This document shows, in pieces, positions 1 to 9,057 of a DNA stretch of 64,000 nt. The position numbers and the translations under genes were made by a program. Position 1 is the first letter of the stretch. Each line of letters opens with the position of its first letter. The notes beneath the pieces are model-generated. The model searched no databases. It was not told the origin of the DNA and was given only the letters and a program-made list of their open reading frames with translations. Source of the stretch: a virus (lineage: Duplodnaviria > Caudoviricetes); IMG/VR virus record IMGVR_UViG_3300031867_000003, positions 32,001 through 96,000 of that record; one strand, written 5' to 3'.

Positions 1-741
1 AAAAAATCCATCAAAAAAGATTCACCGTTCGTAAAGTTACTCACCGAGGAAACACTCCGTAAATTCTGCGATTCCGAAACACCGACTCATATTGACGAAA
101 TCGACTATAATCTGTATCTACGTTCCCTCGGAATAGTTAATATCGAGGAAGAACTCCAGGATTGTATTAAATACAAATATGAAAAACATGATGACGGCAC
201 TAAGAATAAAATCCCCAACGGCTACAGCTTTACAAAGATATTTAAGAAGTACGAAATAACCGACGAAGAAAAACAGAAGTATGCTACCAAAACCGTATAC
301 GGCAAATTTGACGGTATCCATACTCGCCGATTACTAAAGTATTTATTAAATGTATGTCAGTATCCTCCGTGCCCGGTTAAACAGAAAATCAAATATGAGG
401 AAGAACTTCTCGGTTACATTGATTACAAAGATCCAAAACTGCCAAAGAACTATTTCGTAGTCACGCAGCTTGATGATAAATACTCGCCAAAGTTTGTGGC
501 ATACTGCTTGAATAATGGTTCAACCGTCGAGATGAGGGTGCGTAAAAAGCGTAATCCTAAAAATCGCAATGACAAATGCAAAAAATCGTTTACCGATCAG
601 CCGTTTGCGAATGGAGATATTTTATATCTGATATCCTGGGGAAAAGAACCAAAGATGAGAAAGACAGATACCGGTTGGGAGAGTGATCCCTCGGTTATGT
701 ATACTTGGATGTATGATTACGACATGATCGACAATTTATAA
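1..741 (+). CDS. C-terminal part of a probable DNA polymerase III alpha-like protein (5'-truncated by the window)
   Basis: Frame 1 is open from base 1 to TAA at 741. It contains KYEEELLGYI, resembling the DnaE 'E..LG.Y' segment before the OB fold. Confidence 0.55.
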   Translation, partial: KKSIKKDSPFVKLLTEETLRKFCDSETPTHIDEIDYNLYLRSLGIVNIEEELQDCIKYKYEKHDDGTKNKIPNGYSFTKIFKKYEITDEEKQKYATKTVYGKFDGIHTRRLLKYLLNVCQYPPCPVKQKIKYEEELLGYIDYKDPKLPKNYFVVTQLDDKYSPKFVAYCLNNGSTVEMRVRKKRNPKNRNDKCKKSFTDQPFANGDILYLISWGKEPKMRKTDTGWESDPSVMYTWMYDYDMIDNL

Positions 742-753
742 GGAGCAATCGTT

Positions 754-1284
754 ATGGAAATAGATGAAATATTAAATGAAATTAATAGTCTTTCCGATGA
801 ATATAAACAAAAAATATTAGCCGAATTAAGAAAAGTAAGCGAAGAAAAATACAATAGCCAAATTCGAGAAAATGTCAGCGCTAATAGGAAATATGTTGGA
901 AAATGTTATTGTGAAGATAAGTGCCCGAAAAATGGTATGTTCCCTAAAATGAAAAAATATTACAAAATAATTTCAGAAAGATCAAACAATGATAATTATG
1001 TTTCGGCACTTATATTCTATGAGCATCCATTATATTGGTTTGATTATAAAAGTTCGGCCATAGGTTGTCCCGGAGATTATTTTTTAGGTAACTTTGATTT
1101 TTATGGGTTTTATGTAGATGATATATGGAATAGAACTTTAAATACAATGGAAGAAATTACGAATGACGAATATAATACCGCGGCGCGAAAACACACTGAC
1201 GAATTATTAGAATTAAAATGGAGTGCCGATCATTATCGATTTGGTGGAAAATTACCTACTGATTCAGATTGGGAGAAACAATAA
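754..1284 (+). CDS. hypothetical protein
   Basis: 176-aa ORF with SD AAGGAG. Confidence 0.7.
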   Translation: MEIDEILNEINSLSDEYKQKILAELRKVSEEKYNSQIRENVSANRKYVGKCYCEDKCPKNGMFPKMKKYYKIISERSNNDNYVSALIFYEHPLYWFDYKSSAIGCPGDYFLGNFDFYGFYVDDIWNRTLNTMEEITNDEYNTAARKHTDELLELKWSADHYRFGGKLPTDSDWEKQ

Positions 1285-1302
1285 AATAATTTATTAAATC
1301 CA

Positions 1303-1331
1303 TTGCAATCACTGAACTATAATGCTATAAT
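1303..1331 (+). promoter_or_regulatory. sigma-A type promoter
   Basis: TTGCAA-17bp-TATAAT with an extended -10 TG, preceded by a TTTATTAAA box. Confidence 0.65.
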
Positions 1332-1344
1332 AGAGGAGTAATAA

Positions 1345-2043
1345 ATGACAGAGTTTAAACAACCGATTAAAGTACTGGAGTTATTCTCCGGCTTCGAGTG
1401 CATGAGTAATGCATTTAGAGAACGAGGATGCCAGTGCTTTACCGTGGATTATGACGAACGTTTTCCGAGTGACCTTCACAAGGACATTCGGGACATAACC
1501 GCCGAAGAGATACTTAATGTTTTCGGCAAACCAGATATAATTTTTCTCGGCACTGATTGCACCACATACTCCGTGGCTGCAATCGGTCGCCACAGAACCA
1601 AAGAACCGAGCGGTAATCTCGCACCTAAAACTGATAAAGCCCGTCTTGCTGATGAACTTAATATCCATTGCATTGAGTTGGTTAGACAATTAAATCCCAC
1701 AATCCAGATTTGGGAGAATCCTGTCGGCGCTCTCCGAAAGATGGATTTTATGAAGTGTATTCCGTATATCAACACTACCACGTATTGCCAGTATGGTTTC
1801 AGCTACCGCAAGGCTACGGACTTTTTTAGTAACATCGACCTTCATTTAAAACCGCCTTGCAAAAATGGCGATCCGTGTCATGAGAAAGCAAGTCGAGGTG
1901 CTAGAACCGGATTACAAGCGATTAAAGATCCGGCACTAAAGGCTATATATCCGCCGGAACTTTGCAAAGATATTGTTGATGAGTGCTTGAAGGTTATTTC
2001 CAGTGGTGAGAAACCGCCACTTTTTAAAGAACCTATTGATTAA
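1345..2043 (+). CDS. small phage C5-cytosine methyltransferase-like protein
   Basis: Motif I VLELFSG, catalytic-like DC (GTDCTTYS), motif VI ENP, and YCQYG...RKATD. Confidence 0.75.
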   Translation: MTEFKQPIKVLELFSGFECMSNAFRERGCQCFTVDYDERFPSDLHKDIRDITAEEILNVFGKPDIIFLGTDCTTYSVAAIGRHRTKEPSGNLAPKTDKARLADELNIHCIELVRQLNPTIQIWENPVGALRKMDFMKCIPYINTTTYCQYGFSYRKATDFFSNIDLHLKPPCKNGDPCHEKASRGARTGLQAIKDPALKAIYPPELCKDIVDECLKVISSGEKPPLFKEPID

Positions 2044-2061
2044 TTATTAAAGGAGAGTATA

Positions 2062-2595
2062 ATGATATTGGAGAATTACCGATACACATAGAAAGAGCAG
2101 GATGAGTTACTGAGGAGTATTACGATTGTCTGCGATACTCGGGAACAAAAGAATGAACATATCACTTCGTACTTCGACAGCAAAAAAATCCCATGGATAA
2201 GTAAGAAATTACCATTCGGAGATTACACATTTTTGATTCCAAAGAACGAGGAACTCGGCATATCTCGCGACTTGTGGTTTGATAAAGTGTGTATTATAGA
2301 AAGAAAAAATTCGCTTGATGAGATAAGTTCCTGTTTTACTGGGTCCAGGGATAGGCTTAAAAAGGAATTTGCACTTGCTCCTGAAAATAAGATGATGATC
2401 ATTGAAAACGCATCATACTCCGACATGGTACTCGGCAACTATGATACGAAGTATGATGCTAAAAGCTTCTGGGCTAGTTACCATAGTTTTTGGAGTGAGT
2501 TCAATTTGCCGATTATGTTTATCCCGGATAAAAAATATACCGGAATGTTTATCAGAGGACATTTTTATTATTACGTGAGGAATATTATTAAATAA
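2062..2595 (+). CDS. ERCC4-domain nuclease with one in-frame TAG (2089-2091)
   Basis: SD AAGGAG plus ATG at 2062. DTREQ, GDY and IERK motifs lie in one frame once TAG is read through. Confidence 0.8.
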
Positions 2596-2606
2596 GGAGA
2601 AAGACT

Positions 2607-3062
2607 ATGACGATTAATTTTATTAATGCAGATATTAAAACTGCACCACAGGGTTATACAATGGTTACAGCATTTTCAGCAGACTTCAACTGCGATGTTG
2701 GTATCAATAAAGTAATGGATCAGATGTTTAATATTGAGAAACGTAAATCCAATATTAAAGTATTTAAGGGCAAAAAGCTTGCCCGACTTGATAATTTATA
2801 TATGCTGCTTGTAAAAGACAGTAGTTATGATAAACCGGTATTTGACAATCTTATTGCTTGCCTTGAAGAATTCAAGACCAAGTGTAAAAAGAACGGTATC
2901 ACAAAAGTTGCCATGCCGGCAATTTGTACTGGGAAAAATGGTTTTGCTGTTGATGACGTGATTCAGGCAATTGATGAGATATTTTTCGACACTGATATTA
3001 GTATTGTAATGTATGTAGGTGATGAAGTATTTAGGTATGTTTGTTCCGCATATGAGGGTTAA
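2607..3062 (+). CDS. macrodomain protein (divergent TARG1/DarG-like)
   Basis: SADF..GI, LYMLLVK and AMPAICTG motifs. Paralog of 28037..28489. Confidence 0.65.
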   Translation: MTINFINADIKTAPQGYTMVTAFSADFNCDVGINKVMDQMFNIEKRKSNIKVFKGKKLARLDNLYMLLVKDSSYDKPVFDNLIACLEEFKTKCKKNGITKVAMPAICTGKNGFAVDDVIQAIDEIFFDTDISIVMYVGDEVFRYVCSAYEG

Positions 3063-3064
3063 TT

Positions 3065-4324
3065 ATGAGCGATTATAAGCCTGTATATTTAGTGATGGTA
3101 TCATCTAACAATAACAATAAATACTATCGTATGCTGGCGAATACCGATGGCGAAACTTTTACGGTTCAGTATGGCAGAGTAGGGGCGAGTTCTCAAACGA
3201 GGACTTACCCTCTGCGAGACTGGGATAAGAAATACAACGAGAAAATCCGCAAAGGTTACGTAGACCAAACACATCTGATGGAAGATTTAATATCGGTGGT
3301 GGATACGAAGCCGGATACTCCGGAGTATAAAGCAATCGAGAACGCTGCTATAGCAGAGATTGTTGACCGCTTAATGAGTATGGCTAAAAAGAAGGTCCAG
3401 CAGAATTACCGTGTGGAATCAAATCAAGTTACTCAGGCGATGGTTGACGAAGCGCAGAAAATAATTGATAGCCTTACAACTATAACAACGATTAAAGCGT
3501 TTAATGAGGAATTGATGAAACTGTTTACCACAATTCCGCGAAAGATGGGTAATGTTAATGATTATCTGGCTAGGTCAACTGATGATTTTGCCCGTATTAT
3601 TAAAGACGAACAAGATCTGCTTGATGTTATGCGAGGCCAGGTAATCACTCACTCGGCTATGGATGATAAACAGACGGCTTGGGATGATAGCGTTGAAAAT
3701 TCTCCGAAGAATGACAAGACCATTCTTGAGGCTATGGGTATTGTGATGAAACCCGTTAACGATGCCGAAGTTGAAGTCATTAAAGATATGTTGGGCGACT
3801 GCAAGGATAAATTCTATCAAGCGTGGAGAGTAACCAATTTGGCTACTCAAAAACGATTTGATGATTTTGTAGATAAAGAAAATATTAAAGATGTTAGGTT
3901 GTTTTGGCATGGGAGCAGAAATGAGAACTGGTGGTCAATTATTAATAATGGTTTGATGATTAGACCTACAAATGCTGTGATTACAGGAAAATTATACGGA
4001 TACGGTATTTACTTCGCCCCTAAAGCAAGAAAATCATTAGGGTATACAAGTTTAAGTGGCAGCTATTGGGCGAGAGGTGATTCATCATCTGGATTTATGG
4101 CATTAATGGAAGTTGCATATGGAGAACCATATGATGTTTATTCTTTTGACAGCAAATACAATTCATTAACTTATGATGAACTTCAAAAGTTTAAAAGAGG
4201 GGCTAATGCATTACATGCTCATGCCGGAGCCGACATGGGTTATGGCAATCCATTAAGAAATGATGAAGTAATAGTATATAAGGAAGATCAAGTAAGTATT
4301 AAATATTTAGTTGAATTGAGGTGA
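3065..4324 (+). CDS. PARP-family ADP-ribosyltransferase (WGR-like, helical regulatory and catalytic domains)
   Basis: NNNKYY...YGRVG WGR-like domain. H-Y-E triad in WHGSR, YGIYFA and NDEVIVY. Confidence 0.88.
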   Translation: MSDYKPVYLVMVSSNNNNKYYRMLANTDGETFTVQYGRVGASSQTRTYPLRDWDKKYNEKIRKGYVDQTHLMEDLISVVDTKPDTPEYKAIENAAIAEIVDRLMSMAKKKVQQNYRVESNQVTQAMVDEAQKIIDSLTTITTIKAFNEELMKLFTTIPRKMGNVNDYLARSTDDFARIIKDEQDLLDVMRGQVITHSAMDDKQTAWDDSVENSPKNDKTILEAMGIVMKPVNDAEVEVIKDMLGDCKDKFYQAWRVTNLATQKRFDDFVDKENIKDVRLFWHGSRNENWWSIINNGLMIRPTNAVITGKLYGYGIYFAPKARKSLGYTSLSGSYWARGDSSSGFMALMEVAYGEPYDVYSFDSKYNSLTYDELQKFKRGANALHAHAGADMGYGNPLRNDEVIVYKEDQVSIKYLVELR

Positions 4325-5055
4325 TTTATATTGTAGAACCTAATCAAAAATATGGAAGACTAACCACAATTTGTGTTGTTGGCAAGACAAAAGACAGAGC
4401 AAATATTTGGAAATGTATTTGCGATTGTGGCAATTACGTCAATGTTAGATCTCAGAGTTTGACGAGTGGTAATACAAAGTCATGTGGATGCTTGCAAAGA
4501 GAAAGGGTTGGAAAGAAATCTACTGAAAGTCGATTATTAAATAAGTATGATCTTTCTGGTGAATATGGCATTGGATACGCTACAAATGGAGAGGAATTCT
4601 ATTTTGATTTAGAAGATTATACGTTAATAAAAGATTATACATGGTCTATAAATGACACTGGGTATGTAACATCTAATCCATTCGGAAAACATTTAAGAAT
4701 GCATATGCTTGTAATGAATAAAAAAGACAGGTCTGACGGTAAAGATATTGACCATATAAATCATAATACCAAAGATAATAGAAAAGGAAATCTTAGAATA
4801 ATAGAATATTACCAAAACATTACACATTGTATAACTTATTCTAACAATACATCAGGAAGAAAAGGTGTATCTTGGGATAAATCAAGATCAAAATGGATGG
4901 CGACAATTACATATAATAAGAAAACATATCATTTAGGTAGATATGATAATTTTGAAGATGCAGTTAAAGCAAGAGAAGACGCAGAAAAAAGGATTCATAA
5001 AGAATTTCATTATGATGAATCACAAAACGAAGAAAGGGATAAGGCTATATCATGA
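4321..5055 (+). CDS. HNH/AP2 homing endonuclease
   Basis: WKCICDCGN...SCGC, DHINHNTKDNRKGNLR, and an AP2-like NTSGRKGVSW...YHLGRY. Confidence 0.85.
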   Translation: MIYIVEPNQKYGRLTTICVVGKTKDRANIWKCICDCGNYVNVRSQSLTSGNTKSCGCLQRERVGKKSTESRLLNKYDLSGEYGIGYATNGEEFYFDLEDYTLIKDYTWSINDTGYVTSNPFGKHLRMHMLVMNKKDRSDGKDIDHINHNTKDNRKGNLRIIEYYQNITHCITYSNNTSGRKGVSWDKSRSKWMATITYNKKTYHLGRYDNFEDAVKAREDAEKRIHKEFHYDESQNEERDKAIS

Positions 5056-5426
5056 AGGTTTACGTAATAGAAAAAGGAGTCTATTCCGATCGCCATATAA
5101 TCGGCGTTGTTGAGTCCGAAGAAGAAGCAAAAAACATTGTCGAGGCTATTAAATGCGGAGATTATAATGACAATTCAATTAGTTATGAGGAGTATGACAC
5201 TCGCCAGTTTTTAGATAAGCGATTAAGATATAATGTCACTAGATATAGCGACGGAGACTGGCAAGTGAAATATGATGATTATGACTTGTATAAGGAATTT
5301 AAAGAGAATATTTGTGTTTATTCAGATTACTACGTCATATATGCCAATTCTCCCGATCAGGCTATCAAAATCGCCCAGGACATGAGAGCGGAAGAGTTAG
5401 CTCGTAGGAATGGACTAACAGAATAA
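5052..5426 (+). CDS. hypothetical phage protein
   Basis: 124-aa ORF with an ATGA overlap. Confidence 0.7.
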   Translation: MKVYVIEKGVYSDRHIIGVVESEEEAKNIVEAIKCGDYNDNSISYEEYDTRQFLDKRLRYNVTRYSDGDWQVKYDDYDLYKEFKENICVYSDYYVIYANSPDQAIKIAQDMRAEELARRNGLTE

Positions 5427-5537
5427 TCATAACACAATATATAGTGCTTGGATAACAACATAAACCACAATATATAGAGGAGAATATCCAATGAAAAGAA
5501 TTTTTGATTGGATAAATAAATTAATTATTAAATATGC

Positions 5538-5566
5538 TTGACGTAATAAATAATCTGTGATAGTAT
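5538..5566 (+). promoter_or_regulatory. sigma-A type promoter upstream of the split methyltransferase operon
   Basis: TTGACG-17bp-TAGTAT with an extended TG. AATTATTAAA box lies just upstream. Confidence 0.65.
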
Positions 5567-5830
5567 AGTCAACATAAGCACCAACTAAATATTTGAGGAA
5601 GGAGTTCATTATGAATTATCGGACATGTCCAATCTGTGGAAGAGCAATGATCCTGTGCAGTACATACGCACACGGTCAAGTACCTAAAAGGATTTTTAAA
5701 TGTAGCTGCGGTTTCCGGACAGATGTGGATATGTCCGGTTTGTCGTATAGCGACTTTCTTAATCGATATCACTTTGGTGATAGCAACACAAATAACCATA
5801 ACAAACCAATTAATTATTAAAGGAGCAATA

Positions 5831-6682
5831 ATGATAACAAACAAAATTAGACTGATTGAGCTATTCGGCGGCGTGGGATGCCAGTCGATAGCATTGAGGG
5901 ATTTGGCTATTGCTAATGGTCTTAATCCGGATGACGTATTTGAACACTATAAATTGGTCGAGTTCGATAAATTTCCGGTCAAAAGCTATAATGCGATTCA
6001 TGGTACGGATTTTGTACCGATGGATATTCAAGAAATTCATGGCGAAGACATAGATGTTGAGGAACCGGACAAATATACGGCAATCTGGACGTACTCGTTC
6101 CCATGTCAAGATCTTTCAGTGGCTGGAAAACAAGCTGGGATGGACAGAGACAGCGGAACTCGTAGTGGATTACTTTGGCAAGTAGAACGTTTATTAAACG
6201 AAGTACATAATCTTCCGAATATCCTTATCATGGAGAACGTCACACAAGTCCATAGCAAAAAGAATCTTCATAACTTTGAAGAATGGTGCCAGTTCCTCGA
6301 ATCCAAAGGATACTACAACTATTGGCAAGACCTTGAAGCCAGTGAGTATGGTGTACCCCAGCACCGCAACCGTTGTTTTATGGTAAGTACCCTCGAAGAA
6401 ATCAACTTCGAATTTCCGCAGCCGATTCCGCTCCATGAGGTTATGAAAGACCGACTCGACCCAGTTGTAGATGAGAAGTTCTATATCAACAATGAAAAAG
6501 CGGATGCTCTCATTCAGCAGCTTATTGCCGACGGTAAACTTGATGAGGAGACAATCCTCGAAGCTGTTGATTTATCAGTTAATAACCCAGACACTCTTGA
6601 TATTGCGAATTGTGTCAGTGCGAGAACAGACCGTGGAATCAGCAACCGCAGATCTGAGGGATCGGGAGTTGTGCAATGTTGA
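5831..6682 (+). CDS. C5 DNA methyltransferase, N-terminal catalytic part (motifs I-VIII plus one TRD-like module)
   Basis: ELFGGVG (I), SFPCQDLS (IV), MENV (VI), PQHRNRCF (VIII). Motifs IX and X are absent. Confidence 0.92.
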   Translation: MITNKIRLIELFGGVGCQSIALRDLAIANGLNPDDVFEHYKLVEFDKFPVKSYNAIHGTDFVPMDIQEIHGEDIDVEEPDKYTAIWTYSFPCQDLSVAGKQAGMDRDSGTRSGLLWQVERLLNEVHNLPNILIMENVTQVHSKKNLHNFEEWCQFLESKGYYNYWQDLEASEYGVPQHRNRCFMVSTLEEINFEFPQPIPLHEVMKDRLDPVVDEKFYINNEKADALIQQLIADGKLDEETILEAVDLSVNNPDTLDIANCVSARTDRGISNRRSEGSGVVQC

Positions 6683-6871
6683 AGAATGAACTAACCTCAA
6701 CAATGCCAATTGTTCTCGGCAGAGTACTTCCTTTGACTTCTGATAAAATACACCAGAATCAGGAAGTATACTATGAGGGGGGTCATCTGTACGATTAAAG
6801 CTACACACTACAAAGACCCTCCAAAAGTATTGGTTAAGGAGATAGTAACAAATGAAGAAAGCAACAATTGA
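6676..6871 (+). CDS. TRD-like mini-gene 1, frameshifted at G6 (6777-6782)
   Basis: MLKNE...HQNQEVYYEG, then VICTIKATHYKDPPKVLVKE in the +1 frame. Confidence 0.7.
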
Positions 6872-7035
6872 CCAACTCGGCTGGCTAGAGCGCGGTAACG
6901 GCAAAACTCAATCTAATGTTGTATACTCTGTGGGGGGTCGCGCCGTGTGTTTGCGCCGGCTGTGGAGTAAAATATTGGATTTACATAATAGATAGGGTAA
7001 AAAGCGATGAAGAAACAAATCACGGCAATTTTTAG
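6852..7035 (+). CDS. TRD-like mini-gene 2, frameshifted at G6 (6932-6937)
   Basis: MKKATIDQLGW...QSNVVYSVG, then VAPCVCAGCGVKYWIYII in the +1 frame. Ends at TAG 7035, or at TAA 7053 under code 15. Confidence 0.7.
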
Positions 7036-7183
7036 AAACATGGGGAGTACTAACGAGGATAGAATACCATCATATAGATTAACCGATGTAGCTGAAGCTA
7101 TATTAGCCAGGGATTATAAAGGATGGGGAAATTATTTTGCTAATGGAGTTATTGAAATTGAAAAACTTGAACCAACCGATTAA
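7007..7183 (+). CDS. TRD-like mini-gene 3
   Basis: TDVAEAILARDYKGWGNYFANGVIE, similar to the module ending the N-terminal gene (DIANCVSARTDRG...SGVV). Confidence 0.7.
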   Translation: MKKQITAIFRNMGSTNEDRIPSYRLTDVAEAILARDYKGWGNYFANGVIEIEKLEPTD

Positions 7184-7346
7184 AGTCGGATTTATCGATT
7201 ACTCCGGTTCGGGCAAAGCCCACCAGTCCAATACTGTATACTCGGCGAATGGCATTTGCCCATGTATTTGTAGCTATGCCAATCGGTATGGCGGAGTACA
7301 ATCCAATATATTAGTACGTGAGAATAATTATGGAAAAAATCAGTAG
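7158..7346 (+). CDS. TRD-like mini-gene 4
   Basis: GGAG plus TTG start. HQSNTVYSANGICPCI...NILVRE. Confidence 0.7.
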   Translation: MKNLNQPIKVGFIDYSGSGKAHQSNTVYSANGICPCICSYANRYGGVQSNILVRENNYGKNQ

Positions 7347-7500
7347 TATTTTTATCGGCAATATTTACGGTCACAAAGATGCCTATGCCGGCGCAGTGTT
7401 TGGAGTGCAAGGGCTGTGTCCGGCAATCAAGGCGAACTCCGGCGGTAATACTCAGCCGATAATAGTGGTGAAAGACAATGGTAACAAATCAGTTAATTAG
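7330..7500 (+). CDS. TRD-like mini-gene 5
   Basis: IGNIY...AGAVFGVQGLCPAIKANSGGNTQPIIVV. Confidence 0.72.
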   Translation: MEKISSIFIGNIYGHKDAYAGAVFGVQGLCPAIKANSGGNTQPIIVVKDNGNKSVN

Positions 7501-7678
7501 ATTAGGTAATATATACGGTTTCACAGGCGGATCGTTTGCCGGCAATGTATATTCTCATCGCGGATTATGTCCTGCGATTAACACTGCCGGCGGTGGCAAC
7601 CGTGAACCGATAGTGATTATTAAGGAGATAAATTATAAAGCTAATCAAACAAATAATATGCGCGTCGAGGGGACGTAA
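7478..7678 (+). CDS. TRD-like mini-gene 6
   Basis: LGNIY...AGNVYSHRGLCPAINTAGGGNREPIVII. Confidence 0.72.
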   Translation: MVTNQLIRLGNIYGFTGGSFAGNVYSHRGLCPAINTAGGGNREPIVIIKEINYKANQTNNMRVEGT

Positions 7679-7820
7679 CCCGAATAATCCGAGTGACCGC
7701 AGTAGAACCGGTGGCGGTATTCTTGTGCAACGTCTGGAGCTTGCTGAGGATGAACTCGCACATACGATTACCTCAGTAGCTAAGGATAATTGGGTGTTCG
7801 AAATATATGGAAAAGAATGA
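7635..7820 (+). CDS. TRD-like mini-gene 7 (apparent ATA start; missing from the ORF track)
   Basis: AAGGAG then ATA. CASRGRNPNNPSDR...QRLE...AHTITSVAKDNWVFE. Confidence 0.65.
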   Translation: MKLIKQIICASRGRNPNNPSDRSRTGGGILVQRLELAEDELAHTITSVAKDNWVFEIYGKE

Positions 7821-8016
7821 AAAGCTATTAGATTCTCGCTGTCTTGTGCCAAAACGTACCGAGTATGGTAAGCGTATACGCAAAGATTATGAGGCACATC
7901 GATTATATGAGCATCGTTCCAACATGATGATGTTACATCCTCGCACAGACGGATGCATAAATACATTAACAACAATACTAAAGGATAACTACATCCTGGA
8001 AATATATGAGAGATAG
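7807..8016 (+). CDS. TRD-like mini-gene 8
   Basis: RTEYGKRIRKDYE...PRTDGCINTLTTILKDNYILE. Confidence 0.72.
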   Translation: MEKNEKLLDSRCLVPKRTEYGKRIRKDYEAHRLYEHRSNMMMLHPRTDGCINTLTTILKDNYILEIYER

Positions 8017-8212
8017 TAATAAAGATAATGATAACAAACTAGTGCCGATTTGTCTCGGCGGAATCGGCGAAATTAATTATGGCAAGCAATATCGCCTCGG
8101 TAACCGTGTTTATGACAGCAGAAGTGTTGCCATGGCACACTGTGCTAATCCTGTCGGTAATCTCGGCGGTTATACATATTTATATTTAGTAGTAGAGGCT
8201 AATAATGAGTAA
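8006..8212 (+). CDS. TRD-like mini-gene 9
   Basis: LGGIGE...GNRVYDSRSVAMAH...GGYTYLYLV. Confidence 0.7.
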   Translation: MRDSNKDNDNKLVPICLGGIGEINYGKQYRLGNRVYDSRSVAMAHCANPVGNLGGYTYLYLVVEANNE

Positions 8213-8630
8213 ACCACTTTTTAAACTTGACAATCATTTATTATATTTTGATTATATATTGGAATACTTTGACTTATTTCATCCGATGTTTTACGTGTGC
8301 AGGGACGATAATGATGAACGTTTTTTGGTTTTGAGGATGGATTTATGTGAGAAGGAATCATACTTGATTACCGAAATCAGCCTAAACGATTTAAATAATA
8401 TGCTATTAGGGAATATCACTATAAGATCGGCATTTCTTGATCGATCATCATTCTACGAGGTTCACTGTTTAACGGAGAACTACTCAGATGACGTAGTAAC
8501 AAAACGTGAAATATCAGAATTCCCTATAGAATACTTACCGGGTAAAGATTATAAATATGTTCTATATGATGACGAGCATAGAGAGTATCAAAAACGAATT
8601 GCAAAAGAATTGGAGAAAACCAATAGTTAA
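8205..8630 (+). CDS. unrelated hypothetical protein inserted in the TRD array
   Basis: 141-aa acidic ORF with no TRD-module motif. Confidence 0.7.
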   Translation: MSKPLFKLDNHLLYFDYILEYFDLFHPMFYVCRDDNDERFLVLRMDLCEKESYLITEISLNDLNNMLLGNITIRSAFLDRSSFYEVHCLTENYSDDVVTKREISEFPIEYLPGKDYKYVLYDDEHREYQKRIAKELEKTNS

Positions 8631-8632
8631 TT

Positions 8633-8854
8633 ATGCAAGAAATTGGACTAATATTTTTAGGAGGTCTCGAGAGTAGCCTGTGGCTAGATAACGGCAAGAG
8701 ACTATCTCGGAATTTCCGCCAAGGATACAGAGTATATGATAGCCGAGGATTAGCTAATACACTACCGAGTAGTAGCATTGGCGGTCTCGGCGGTAACAGT
8801 GGATTATATTTGGTAATTGAGGTAGATAATGAGTTCAGTAATAGCGGAAGATGA
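8633..8854 (+). CDS. TRD-like mini-gene 10
   Basis: LGGLE...QGYRVYDSRGLANTL...GGNSGLYLV. Confidence 0.72.
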   Translation: MQEIGLIFLGGLESSLWLDNGKRLSRNFRQGYRVYDSRGLANTLPSSSIGGLGGNSGLYLVIEVDNEFSNSGR

Positions 8855-9055
8855 CCCTTTCAATATTATTAAAAATAACCGGTATGGGGGGGGAGATATA
8901 AGATGTTTTACGAAAAACATGGATATATTCCCGGAATTTTTCACCCATATAGTTTACAAGACACTTCGCAGATAGCTTGTACACTGTGTTGTGATTGCGG
9001 AGCGCCGGGACATGCAAGTAATATGATGGTGATAACTAAGGAAAGGATTGATTAA
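8829..9055 (+). CDS. TRD-like mini-gene 11, frameshifted at G8 (8886-8893)
   Basis: MSSV...NRYGG, then RYKMFYEKHGYIPGIFHPY...IACTLCCDCG...MMVI in a shifted frame. G6 or G9 restores the frame. Confidence 0.68.
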
Positions 9056-9057
9056 AT

